Below, one piece after another: positions 36,221 through 44,845 of a stretch of 64,000 bases of DNA. Below the pieces are notes generated by a model that made no database searches, had not been told where the DNA came from, and saw only the letters and a list, made by a program, of their open reading frames with translations. Source of the DNA: an uncultured Clostridia bacterium (GTDB taxonomy: Bacteria > Bacillota > Clostridia > Christensenellales > Borkfalkiaceae); contig CALVLV010000004.1 of the NCBI GenBank assembly GCA_944341075.1, forward strand, positions 3,829 to 67,828. Direction: 5' to 3'. A program made the position numbers and the translations under genes. Each line of letters begins with the position of its first letter. The first letter of the stretch is position 1.

Positions 36221-38527
36221 TTAAGCGGTGGCAGCCCTGCTATCTGCCTGCAGGCGGGCGTCCGTGGCAAAAATACGCGTGCACAGAACGGTCATGTCGT
36301 CCTCGGCCCTGCCGCCCGTGCGGGCAAGCGCCGCCGCAAGCAGTTTTTCGGCAAGCTCCTGCGGGTTCAGTGGCTTTATCGGCTGCAGGTAGGCAAGCAG
36401 TTCGGGCGTGGAGCTGAAGGCCGAGGTTATGCCGTCGCTCATGAACACCAGCATGTCGCCGTCCTCAAGCCTCTCCTGCATCACGGTGGGGCGCAGGCTG
36501 TCGAGTATGCCCAGCGGCAGGCTTTGGCTTTCAAGCACCTTCACCTTGCCGCCGCGCAGAATGGCCGCCACGGGCGAACCTATCTTAACAAATTCCGCGC
36601 CGCCCGTGTTCAGATTTACCGAGCATATGTCTATGCATGCAAACCGCTCCTCCTGCGAAAATGCGAGCAGTTTGTTTATTGTTTCAAGCACCGTTGCTTC
36701 GGGCATATCCGCGCGGTAAAAGGCCTCTATCAGCGATATCGCCGTGCGCGAGACTTTGCGCGCGTATTCGCCGCTGCCCATTCCGTCTGAAAGCGCCATT
36801 AAAAAGCGGTGTTCGTTTATGCGTATCACCGAGTGGGTGTCGCCCGAGGCCCTTTCGCCCGCTTTTTTTGCACTTGCCACCCCGAAAACGGCGTCGAACC
36901 TGGGCGGGCGGCAGAATGTGTAGCACGCCTTTTCGCCGCCGTAGTCTGTCTTTTCGCGCAGGCTGAATTTTTCGCCGGTGGCGCGCTCGAGCGCGGCGGA
37001 TATGGTATGCGCGTCCGCCCTGCCCACGGTGACTGTGCTTATCTCTTCGCCGTCCTCGCCGCTTGTGCAAACCTCGGGGCAGGCTATGCCGCAATCTGCC
37101 AGCGTGCGCACTATTTCGCGGCCCTCTTCGCCGCTGTCCCTGCGCTGCCTGCACAGCTCCGCGGCGTTGTTTTTCAGCACGGCGGCAATGCCGTGCGCCT
37201 GGTCGGCAAGCATGCTCCTGCCCGCGCGCACGTTCTCCGATTCGGTCATGAACCGCCTGTAGTCGCCCAGCAGCGCGTTCAGCTCCTTTATCACCTCGGC
37301 GGGGCGGGTGCAGTTCTGCGTTATGGCGGGCGGCAGGTCGATAAGGTTAACTTTTCCCTTCACGGTGCCCGTCTCCGTAAGCGCGTTGAATCCTACATAT
37401 ACCACGCTCTTTTCGCATTTTTGCCTGCGTTCGCAGTTTGAACACAACCGCTCCTTCAGCTCGGCGGCAACGCGCTTTTTTGCGCCCTTTTCGTCGGCGG
37501 CGTCGTCCATTTCGCGGAAGGCGCACTCAACCTCGCGGAACACCTCGCTCACTCTGAACAGCTTTTCCGCCGCCCGTTCGCGCTCGCGGTTTATGGCGGT
37601 GTTTTCAAGCACGCCGCGCACGGCTAACCTGTCGCACACGCCCGCAAGCTGTTTTGCCGAGGGGATCATGGCTATGGCGCAGCAGATGGCCGCAGCGCAT
37701 ACCCGCACGGCTATAACTGCCGCGCCCGAAAAGTACCAGCCCTCAAAGTAGCCGTATACGCAGAAGGCCGCAAATACCGCCGCGGGCGCCGCCCTGCCCG
37801 TCCGCGCGAACAACAGCCCGAATATGGCGGTGAGCACAAACGCCGTTACGGGGGTGAGTTCAAACCGCATGATGGCGGAGGGAGCTGCGCATGCTACCGC
37901 AACGGCAATGGCGGCGGGGCTCTTCAGCGCGCGCACGGCAAGCGAAATTATAAGCGCGCCTACGGCGCACAGCGCAAAGTCGCCCGCAAGGTCGTATATG
38001 CCCGCGCCCGCGCCTGCGTACAGCACGGCAAGGCTGAACAGCTCGTCTTCGGCAAGCCTGCACCGCCCAAGGCGGAATATGCAGGCGTATACGCTTTTAT
38101 AGCAGAAGATGAAGAACAGCAGCACGGCCGCGGCGGCAATTGCCCGCACTATATAGCCGTTTTGTATAAAGTATATCGCCCCGCCCGCGTCCCAGCCCGA
38201 AAAGGCTATAAACGGCGCCAGCGCCACGGCTGCAAACGCCGCGCTTTCAAGCTTCATCTTCCTCTCCGTGCGGCGGTATATCGCCGTTATTCCCAATAGG
38301 AAGGCGGCCTCGAACAGTGCGCACAGAAAGGCCGTCAGGCTGACATGCACCGCCGAGCTGGCTATGTATATCAGCGGTGAGGCTATCATGCTGCCGCCGC
38401 ATATAAGCAGTGCAAAGTACAGCCCCAGCGAAAGGGGTACGCCCGCCGTGGCGCGGTTCAAAAATATGCACAGCGCCGCATAGCCGAGGTACAAAAGGGC
38501 GCTTTTTATGTTTATTCTCATAGGCAT
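36221..38527 (-). CDS. spoIIE: Stage II sporulation protein E (membrane PP2C phosphatase)
   Basis: About 10 N-terminal TM segments and a C-terminal PP2C domain (GDTHSV.., MALSDGMGSG, VFMSDG.., EDDMTV). 768 aa. Confidence 0.85.
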   Translation of the reverse strand: MPMRINIKSALLYLGYAALCIFLNRATAGVPLSLGLYFALLICGGSMIASPLIYIASSAVHVSLTAFLCALFEAAFLLGITAIYRRTERKMKLESAAFAAVALAPFIAFSGWDAGGAIYFIQNGYIVRAIAAAAVLLFFIFCYKSVYACIFRLGRCRLAEDELFSLAVLYAGAGAGIYDLAGDFALCAVGALIISLAVRALKSPAAIAVAVACAAPSAIMRFELTPVTAFVLTAIFGLLFARTGRAAPAAVFAAFCVYGYFEGWYFSGAAVIAVRVCAAAICCAIAMIPSAKQLAGVCDRLAVRGVLENTAINRERERAAEKLFRVSEVFREVECAFREMDDAADEKGAKKRVAAELKERLCSNCERRQKCEKSVVYVGFNALTETGTVKGKVNLIDLPPAITQNCTRPAEVIKELNALLGDYRRFMTESENVRAGRSMLADQAHGIAAVLKNNAAELCRQRRDSGEEGREIVRTLADCGIACPEVCTSGEDGEEISTVTVGRADAHTISAALERATGEKFSLREKTDYGGEKACYTFCRPPRFDAVFGVASAKKAGERASGDTHSVIRINEHRFLMALSDGMGSGEYARKVSRTAISLIEAFYRADMPEATVLETINKLLAFSQEERFACIDICSVNLNTGGAEFVKIGSPVAAILRGGKVKVLESQSLPLGILDSLRPTVMQERLEDGDMLVFMSDGITSAFSSTPELLAYLQPIKPLNPQELAEKLLAAALARTGGRAEDDMTVLCTRIFATDARLQADSRAATA

Positions 38528-38644
38528 ACAGCCATTTTAATGCCTGCCGCCGCGCGTTATTTTGGTGTTCGGGTCGTTTATTCGCATGTTCTGCCGCATG
38601 CCGCCGCGCGCATATGTTTTGCGGTCGAGCGGAATAAACGGGCG

Positions 38645-38689
38645 TCAAAAAACATGCGGGCGGCGCACATAGAAATGTGCGCCGCCCGC
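38645..38689 (-). terminator. Rho-independent terminator of mnmG
   Basis: GCGGGCGGCGCACAT-AGAA-ATGTGCGCCGCCCGC, followed on the minus strand by a T-run (A-run 38647-38652 on the + strand). Confidence 0.85.
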
Positions 38690-38711
38690 AAACCGCATAT
38701 AAAAATCTATG

Positions 38712-40565
38712 TCATTTTAAATAGAGTATGAGAACGGCTATGTCCGCGGGGTTCACCCCGGGTATGCGCGAAGCCTGCCCCAGCGAGGCGGGGCGCACCT
38801 TGTTCAGCTTTTCGCGCGCCTCCAGCCTCAGTCCGCCTATCTGCATGTAGTCCAAGTCCTGCGGCAGCTTGCGTTCCTCCAGCTTGCGCGCCCGCGCTAT
38901 CTGCTCCAGCCCCTTCTTTAAATAACCCTCGTACTTTACGTATATCTCTGCCGACTGTGCCGCGCTCTCGTCGCCCGCGCACACCTCACCAAAGGCGCCG
39001 CGTATCTGTTTCAAGGTCGCCCCGCGGCGAATAAAATCGGCATATGTTAGGGGCTTTTCCGTTCCGTCCATGCCAAGGCCACTTAAAAATTCGTCCGCCT
39101 CGCCCTGCGGAACGCGCGTTTCAAGCTCGCTTAAAAAGCCCTCGTAGTGCGCCTTCCTCTCAAGGTAGCGGGCGTATCTTTCCTCCGTCACCAGCCCGCA
39201 GTCGTAGCCCTTCTGCGTAAGGCGGAAGTCGGCGTTATCCTGCCGTATCTCCAGCCTGTGTTCCGCGCGCGAGGTCATCATGCGGTACGGCTCGTCCGTG
39301 CCCTTGGTCACAAGGTCGTCTATCAGCACGCCTATATACGCCTCTTCGCGGCCGAGTATCAGCGGCGGCATACCGCGCAGCTTAAGGCTTGCGTTCAGCC
39401 CCGCCATCAGCCCCTGCGCCGCGGCCTCTTCGTAGCCCGAAGTGCCGTTTATCTGCCCCGCCGTGTACAGCCCTTCCACCTTTTTAAACTCAAGGGTGGG
39501 GTAAACGTCAAGCGTGTCTATGCAATCGTACTCTATTGCATAGGCATAGCGCATTATTTCGCACTCCTCCAGCCCCGCAACGGTGCGGTACATTTCCCTC
39601 TGTACGTCGTGGGGGAGGGAGGACGACATGCCCTGCACATACACCTCAAGCGTGTCCCTTCCCTCGGGTTCAAGGAACAGCTGGTGGCGCTCCTTGTCGG
39701 CAAAGCGCACCACCTTGGTCTCTATCGAAGGGCAGTAGCGCGGCCCCGTGGAGAGTATGGTACCGTTGTACAGCGGCGAACGGTCAAGGTTGGAAAGTAT
39801 CACCTCGTGGGTGGCTGCGTTTGTATAGGTCAGGTAGCAGGGCAGCTCGTTCTTAACAGGCCCCCCTGCCATGTACGAAAAGGGCAGCACATCGTCGTCG
39901 CCGCGCTGCTCTTCGCAGCGCTCAAAGTGCACGGTGCGCCCGTCCAGCCTTGCGGGCGTGCCCGTCTTGAAGCGGCGCACGCTGTAGCCCAGCCCGATAA
40001 GGTTTTTGGTAAGGGCGGTGGCGGGGGCAAATCCGCTCGGGCCGCTGCTCTGCTTAACGTCGCCCGTTATCGTTTCGGCGTTCAGGTATACGCCCGTGCA
40101 AAGTATCGCCGCCCTGCACCCCAGCACGCCGCCATACGTAGTTTTAACGCCGCATACTTTGCCGTCTTTTGTAAGTATTTCGGCCGCTTCGCCCTGCAAT
40201 ATGCGCAGGTTATCGGTGTGCTCAAGCGTGCGCTTCATCTCGGTGTGGTAGGCGTGTTTGTCGCTCTGGCAGCGTAGTGACTGCACCGCAGCGCCCTTTC
40301 CTACGTTAAGCATGCGCATCTGCAGGGCGGTCTTATCGGCGTTTATTCCCATCTCGCCGCCCAAAGCGTCTATCTCGCGCACAAGCTGACCCTTTGCCGT
40401 GCCGCCCACCGAGGGGTTGCACGCCATAAAGGCTATGCTGTCTAAGTTCAGCGTAAGCATGCACGTCTTAAGCCCGGTGCGCGCGCAGGCAAGCGCGGCC
40501 TCGCACCCGGCGTGACCCGCGCCCACGACTACTGCGTCGAATTGTCCTTCAAAAAATTCAGTCAT
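38712..40565 (-). CDS. mnmG: tRNA uridine 5-carboxymethylaminomethyl modification enzyme MnmG (GidA)
   Basis: FDAVVVGAGHAGCEAALA, NPSVGGTAKG, YAIEYD and GQINGTSGYEEAAAQG. GAGGTGA lies upstream of the ATG. Confidence 0.95.
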   Translation of the reverse strand: MTEFFEGQFDAVVVGAGHAGCEAALACARTGLKTCMLTLNLDSIAFMACNPSVGGTAKGQLVREIDALGGEMGINADKTALQMRMLNVGKGAAVQSLRCQSDKHAYHTEMKRTLEHTDNLRILQGEAAEILTKDGKVCGVKTTYGGVLGCRAAILCTGVYLNAETITGDVKQSSGPSGFAPATALTKNLIGLGYSVRRFKTGTPARLDGRTVHFERCEEQRGDDDVLPFSYMAGGPVKNELPCYLTYTNAATHEVILSNLDRSPLYNGTILSTGPRYCPSIETKVVRFADKERHQLFLEPEGRDTLEVYVQGMSSSLPHDVQREMYRTVAGLEECEIMRYAYAIEYDCIDTLDVYPTLEFKKVEGLYTAGQINGTSGYEEAAAQGLMAGLNASLKLRGMPPLILGREEAYIGVLIDDLVTKGTDEPYRMMTSRAEHRLEIRQDNADFRLTQKGYDCGLVTEERYARYLERKAHYEGFLSELETRVPQGEADEFLSGLGMDGTEKPLTYADFIRRGATLKQIRGAFGEVCAGDESAAQSAEIYVKYEGYLKKGLEQIARARKLEERKLPQDLDYMQIGGLRLEAREKLNKVRPASLGQASRIPGVNPADIAVLILYLK

Positions 40566-40609
40566 ATTTCACCTCACAAAAATTCCCGCCTTGTGTGACG
40601 GGAATTGTT

Positions 40610-40618
40610 TGTGGATAA
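40610..40618 (-). promoter_or_regulatory. Perfect DnaA box (TTATCCACA on the minus strand)
   Basis: TGTGGATAA on the + strand. Next to it lie the tandem ATGTTGTTTTAT x2 (40627-40650) and the AT-rich tract 40619-40660. It is the only perfect box I found in 40566-42935. Confidence 0.5.
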
Positions 40619-40660
40619 CTTTTTTAAATGTTGTTTTATATGTTGTTTTATGTATTATTT

Positions 40661-40706
40661 AAGGCATATATGCGGGGCAATTTTAAAAGTGATGAGTGAT
40701 GAGCGG
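40661..40706 (+). repeat. Q module (GCATATATGC palindrome + CAATTTTAAAAGT + GATGAGTGATGAG)
   Basis: AAGGCATATATGCGGGGCAATTTTAAAAGTGATGAGTGATGAGCGGG. A longer version lies at 49783-49890. Confidence 0.75.
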
Positions 40707-40716
40707 GCTGCGTCCG

Positions 40717-40820
40717 TTGTCATTTCGACTAAGCGAATGTAATGAGCGCATGGAGAAATCTCTTTGCTTTGCCGCATTTCTTGAGATTTCTCCACTCGCT
40801 GATGCTCGGTCGAAATGACA
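40717..40820. mobile_element. Inverted pair of S modules (104-bp hairpin / MITE-like unit)
   Basis: TTGTCATTTCGACTAAGCGAATGTAATGAGCGCATGGAGAAATCTC, a 20-nt centre, then GAGATTTCTCCACTCGCTGATGCTCGGTCGAAATGACA. The termini are perfect inverted repeats (GTCATTTCGAC/GTCGAAATGAC). Confidence 0.75.
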
Positions 40821-40826
40821 GTGAAA

Positions 40827-40909
40827 GAGATTTTTGTAAATCCCACCGACACGCCCTCGCTACGCTCGTGCGTATCACCTCCCTTAATAAGGGAGGCACG
40901 ATTAAGGAA
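40827..40909 (-). repeat. X module copy 4
   Basis: GAGATTTTTGTAAATCCCACCGACACGCCCTCGCTACGCTCGTGCGTATCACCTCCCTTAATAAGGGAGGCACGATTAAGGAA. Confidence 0.8.
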
Positions 40910-40914
40910 AAATT

Positions 40915-41279
40915 TTTTAAATAATCAATGTTTCAAGCAAGGTTTCCTTGCGCAGAAAGACACAATTTGTCGCGTGAGCGAGTTCTGCCGTTTCCCGAAG
41001 GGAACCCTCGGCAGGGCAGCGGGCAAAAGCCCTCGCGCACCGGAAGTGAATTCGCGCGACTATATATTCGTGGGCTCTTAAAAGTCGCGCGAAGAGTTGA
41101 ACAACACATTTCTGCAAACAGCACATACGCGCTGTTTGCGTGTTGTGAAATGAGCGAGCACAAAGTGCAAAGTGCGAGCGGTGACCGAGTGCGGCGGTAA
41201 TTTACCGCACGCCGCACGAGACCTTGGTTTCTCAAAATCACGAATTTTTTCGGGCGCGGCCCGAACGAAAAAATTGTGA
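40915..41279 (+). repeat. Composite repeat, type I long form, including H copy 6 (41238-41279)
   Basis: Terminus TTTTAAATAATCAATGTT, GC stems, L hairpin (41048-41093), core (41097-41217), M2 GAGACCTTGGTTTCTC and H TCACGAATTTTTTCGGGCGCGGCCCGAACGAAAAAATTGTGA. Positions 40961-41233 are the inverted near-identical twin of 5768-6040. Confidence 0.9.
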
Positions 41280-41282
41280 AAA

Positions 41283-41404
41283 ATTTTAAAATAATTAATG
41301 CCGAAAAAATGCAAAGCGGAATTTACTTCCGCTGTTAAGCATTTTTACGACTTACCTAAACCTCACGGCGGAAGATTTTTGCATCGCAAAAAGATTTCGC
41401 GTGA
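41283..41404 (+). repeat. T module plus H copy 13 (41363-41404)
   Basis: TTTTAAAATAATTAATGCCGAAAAAATGCAAAGCGGAATTTACTTCCGCTGTTAAGCATTTTTACGACTTACC, then TCACGGCGGAAGATTTTTGCATCGCAAAAAGATTTCGCGTGA. The same T sequence occurs at 54383-54463. H ends 2 nt from the dnaA stop codon. Confidence 0.85.
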
Positions 41405-41406
41405 AC

Positions 41407-42759
41407 TCACTTCTTCAGTATTATATTCTTTATATCGTCCACGTCCTTGGCTATGCGGTCGTTTATGCGGCACATCTCTTCAACCTTGTCGCGCGAATAC
41501 AGCACGGTGGTGTGGTCTCTGCCGCCCAGCTCCTTGCCTATGGAAACAAGGGGGAGGGATAGCAGTTCGCACATAAGGTAGCAGCATATCTGGCGGGGTA
41601 TGACAACTTCCTTCTTCTTGCTCTTGCCGGTAATGTCTGCCTTGTTTATGTGGTAAAAGGACGTAACTGCCGAAATCACCGTTTCGGGCGTTATCTCTTC
41701 CTTGCCGCCTTCGGACACGGCCTCGTTCAGCGCGCTGCGCGCAAGGGCTATGGTTATGGGCTCTTCGTGCAGGCGCGAGGCGAATATCACCTTTGTCAGC
41801 CTGCCCTCAAGCGTGCGCACGTCGTCGCCGCTGTCCTTTGCCAAAAAGGCCAGCACCTCTTCGGGCACGGCGCACTTCTTTTCAAACGCCTTGCGCTTTA
41901 AAATGGCTATCTTCGTGTCGTAGTCGGGCGGAAGTATGTCAAACAGCAGCCCGCCCGAAAAGCGCGTGCGCAGCCTCTCTTCAAGCGCCGCAAGCTCCCT
42001 GGGGGAGTGGTCGGAGGAGATGACTATCTGCTTGCCCTTGGAGACAAGCTCGTTGAAGGTGTGGAAAAATTCCTCCTGCACGGCCTTTTTGTTCTCTATA
42101 AACTGTATGTCGTCTATAATAAGCACGTCGGCGGTGCGGTAGTGCTGCCTCAGCTTGTTGCTCTTGTCGCGAGTGTCCGCCCCGCGCGTTGCAAACATTG
42201 TGTCTATTATTTCGTTTACAAACTTCTCGCAGGTGATGTATATTACCTTTAAATAGGGCTTTTCGCGCACTATTTTATTTGCAATGGCCTGCATAAGGTG
42301 GGTCTTGCCCAGGCCTGTGCCGCCGTATATAAACAGCGGGTTGTATGTGCCCGCGGGGTCTGCCGCAACCGACTGCGCCGCGGCGTACACGTATTCGTTG
42401 TTGGGGCCTACCACAAAACTTTCAAAGGTGTATTTGGGGTCAAGATTTTCCGGCGCGGAAAAAGCGGCCTCCTCGCCGGGGGCGTTGTATGCGTAGCCGT
42501 CCGCCCCCTCTATCTTTAAGCGGAAGTCGGTTATGCCCGTGCCCGTTTCGGCTATGGCCTCGCGCATTTTGTCGGCTATTTTGCCCGTTATCATCTTGGC
42601 AAAGCTCTCCGTGGGCGCTTCAAGCACAATATACCTTCCGTCCACGTCAACGGGCACCAGCCTCTCTATAAAGGTGGTGTAGGTTATCGGCGAAACAAGT
42701 TCGCGCAGCTTTTCCTTTATCGGGTTGTACAAAAAGTCGAAGTTTCCGTTAGATGCCAT
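41407..42759 (-). CDS. dnaA: Chromosomal replication initiator protein DnaA
   Basis: LFIYGGTGLGKTHLMQAI (Walker A), IDDIQF, the sensor motifs, and the C-terminal DNA-binding helix GGRDHTTVLYS. The ORF is open to 42828, but that extension overlaps a divergent promoter. MASNGNFDF at ATG 42759 gives a normal 450-aa DnaA. Confidence 0.93.
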   Translation of the reverse strand: MASNGNFDFLYNPIKEKLRELVSPITYTTFIERLVPVDVDGRYIVLEAPTESFAKMITGKIADKMREAIAETGTGITDFRLKIEGADGYAYNAPGEEAAFSAPENLDPKYTFESFVVGPNNEYVYAAAQSVAADPAGTYNPLFIYGGTGLGKTHLMQAIANKIVREKPYLKVIYITCEKFVNEIIDTMFATRGADTRDKSNKLRQHYRTADVLIIDDIQFIENKKAVQEEFFHTFNELVSKGKQIVISSDHSPRELAALEERLRTRFSGGLLFDILPPDYDTKIAILKRKAFEKKCAVPEEVLAFLAKDSGDDVRTLEGRLTKVIFASRLHEEPITIALARSALNEAVSEGGKEEITPETVISAVTSFYHINKADITGKSKKKEVVIPRQICCYLMCELLSLPLVSIGKELGGRDHTTVLYSRDKVEEMCRINDRIAKDVDDIKNIILKK

Positions 42760-42779
42760 AAGTTTTGCAAAAAGTTCCT

Positions 42780-42807
42780 TTGTAATTAAAAAATATTGTG
42801 GTATAAT
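42780..42807 (+). promoter_or_regulatory. Sigma-A promoter directed toward recF
   Basis: TTGTAA, a 16-nt spacer, then TATAAT with TGg (extended -10), in the 176-bp dnaA-recF spacer. Confidence 0.6.
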
Positions 42808-42935
42808 GCGTATAAAATAAAAAGTCAACGCAGATAGTATGCGGTAAGCCTCTGCGCAACTGTGGTAAAATCAACTGCCTTTGTTTTTCAATTATACTAC
42901 AACGCGCGGCAAAATGAAAGAGTTTTTACAAAAAA

Positions 42936-44021
42936 ATGCAGATAAAAAATTTGACGCTTAAAAATTTCAGAAACTACGCCGATGAAAATTTTGAGTTTAC
43001 CGAAGGGCTCAACGTGCTCTACGGCAAAAACGCGCAGGGCAAAACCAACTGTGCGGAGGCGGTGTTTTACCTCTGCACGGGCGTTTCTCCGCGCGCCCGC
43101 CGCGAAAAACAGCTGATAATGCACGGCAAGCAGCGCGCCGACATATCTGCCACCGCCTGCGGCAGGTACGGCGACGTGAACATTGCCGCCACCATCTTTG
43201 AAAACGGGCGCGAGATCCGCATAAACGGCAACCGCATAGCGCGCAACGCCGACCTTTTGGGCAACATATTCAGCATCTTTTTTTCGCCTTCGGAACTGCG
43301 CCTTATCCAGGACGGGCCCGACGAGCGCAGGCGGTTTTTGAACATATCCATATCGCAGCTGTCAAAGCCATACTACACGGCGCTGTTGCGCTATAACAAG
43401 ATACTGGAACAGCGCAACAACCTGTTAAAGGACAGGGATACCGGCCTCATCTACGACACCCTGCCCGTGTGGGACGAACAGCTTGCAAAGTATGCCGCCA
43501 TAGTCGTGCGCCACCGCGCCGACTATATCGCCCGCCTGGCGCCCGTTGCGGAGGAGGAGCACTACCGCCTTACCGACGGCGCCGAAAAACTTGTCGTCCG
43601 CCCAGAAAAGAGGTACGATGGCGACGACGAGGAGCTTAAGGAGCAGCTGTTTGAAGAGCTGCGGCGCAATTACGAGCGCGACGTGCGGCTGGGCTACACG
43701 AGCATCGGCCCCCACCGCGACGACCTCGACTTTCTCATCAACGGGCAAGACGCCAAAAATTTTGCCTCGCAGGGGCAGACGCGCACGGCCGCCCTTTCGG
43801 TAAAGCTTGCCGAAATGGAGATATTCAAACAGCTTTCGGGCGAATATCCCGTGCTCATCCTCGACGACGTGATGAGCGAGCTCGACCTTCCCCGCCGCAA
43901 AAAGCTGGTGGAGCGCGCCCAGGGCATGCAGACCATACTCACCTGCACGCACGCCGAGCGCGTGCTGTACGGCAGGCAGACCAACAAAATACGCATAGAG
44001 GGGGGTGCCATAAAGCGATGA
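42936..44021 (+). CDS. recF: DNA replication and repair protein RecF
   Basis: LTLKNFRNY, GKNAQGKTNCAEA (Walker A), the SMC-like signature SQGQTRTAALS and ILDDVMSELD (Walker B). Confidence 0.9.
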   Translation: MQIKNLTLKNFRNYADENFEFTEGLNVLYGKNAQGKTNCAEAVFYLCTGVSPRARREKQLIMHGKQRADISATACGRYGDVNIAATIFENGREIRINGNRIARNADLLGNIFSIFFSPSELRLIQDGPDERRRFLNISISQLSKPYYTALLRYNKILEQRNNLLKDRDTGLIYDTLPVWDEQLAKYAAIVVRHRADYIARLAPVAEEEHYRLTDGAEKLVVRPEKRYDGDDEELKEQLFEELRRNYERDVRLGYTSIGPHRDDLDFLINGQDAKNFASQGQTRTAALSVKLAEMEIFKQLSGEYPVLILDDVMSELDLPRRKKLVERAQGMQTILTCTHAERVLYGRQTNKIRIEGGAIKR

Positions 44022-44845
44022 AGGCAGACATGCACATACATTCATATTATTCCGACGGCGTAATGTCGCCCGCTGAGATTGCCGCCCTCTGCATGCGCAA
44101 CGGGCTGGGATTTGCCGTGCTCACCGACCACGACAACATGAACGGCAGCGCGCAGTTTGCCGCCGAGTGCAAAAAAGCGGGCATAAAATGCGTAAGCGGC
44201 ATGGAAATTTCGGCCTACACGCAGGTAAAGGTGCACATTTTGGGCTACGGCATGAACGCTGCCTGCGATGCATATAAAAAATTTCTCTCCTTCGTGTGCG
44301 AAGGCGCCGTGGCGCGCACTGCAGACATACTTTCAAAACTTAAAAAGCGCGGCCTTGCCCTCAGCTTTGAAGAGGTCATGCGCGAACGCCGCTGCGCGGC
44401 TTCGCCCCTGCACACCATGTATATAGCCCGCGCCGCCGCCCGCAAGGGCTTTGCACCCTCCCCCGGTGCGTTCTATATTGATATGCTCGCGCCCGGCAGG
44501 CCCGCATATTCCGACGTCGGCCGCCCCTCTCCCGAACACGCGCTTGAGGTGATAGCCGCGTGCGGCGGAATATCGTCGCTCGCCCACCCCGGCAGGATAA
44601 CTCTGCCCGCCGATGAAGAATATGCCCTCATAGAGCGGTTGCGCTCGTGCGGGCTTGCGGGAATAGAGGCGGTGTATTCGGGGCATACTGAGGAAGAGAC
44701 GGCTTACTTTAAGGGGGTCGCCGCAAAGCTTTCGCTGTTGGTCACGGGCGGTTCCGATACTCACTACCCCGAAGGTTCGCGCGCCATAGGCACGCCCGAC
44801 TTTCATCCCTCGGCGCAGCTGTTGTCGGCGCTTGGAATAAATTGA
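44018..44845 (+). CDS. PHP-domain metal-dependent phosphoesterase (TrpH/YciV-like)
   Basis: ADMHIHSYYSDG, AVLTDHDNMNG, SLAHPGR and GGSDTH. There is a 4-nt ATGA overlap with recF. Confidence 0.8.
   Translation: MKADMHIHSYYSDGVMSPAEIAALCMRNGLGFAVLTDHDNMNGSAQFAAECKKAGIKCVSGMEISAYTQVKVHILGYGMNAACDAYKKFLSFVCEGAVARTADILSKLKKRGLALSFEEVMRERRCAASPLHTMYIARAAARKGFAPSPGAFYIDMLAPGRPAYSDVGRPSPEHALEVIAACGGISSLAHPGRITLPADEEYALIERLRSCGLAGIEAVYSGHTEEETAYFKGVAAKLSLLVTGGSDTHYPEGSRAIGTPDFHPSAQLLSALGIN

Noticed and set aside
39147-40277. 376-aa + strand ORF inside mnmG, with similar long antisense ORFs at 29564-30487, 52145-53506, 63236-63928, 13246-13974 and 36056-36790
   Set aside because: These are typical high-GC antisense open frames opposite well-supported conserved genes. 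They have Arg/Ala/Gly-biased composition and no RBS.
42760-42935. oriC in the dnaA-recF spacer
   Set aside because: The spacer is AT-rich, but it holds only two-to-three-mismatch DnaA-box look-alikes and a clear promoter. That is not enough to call an origin.
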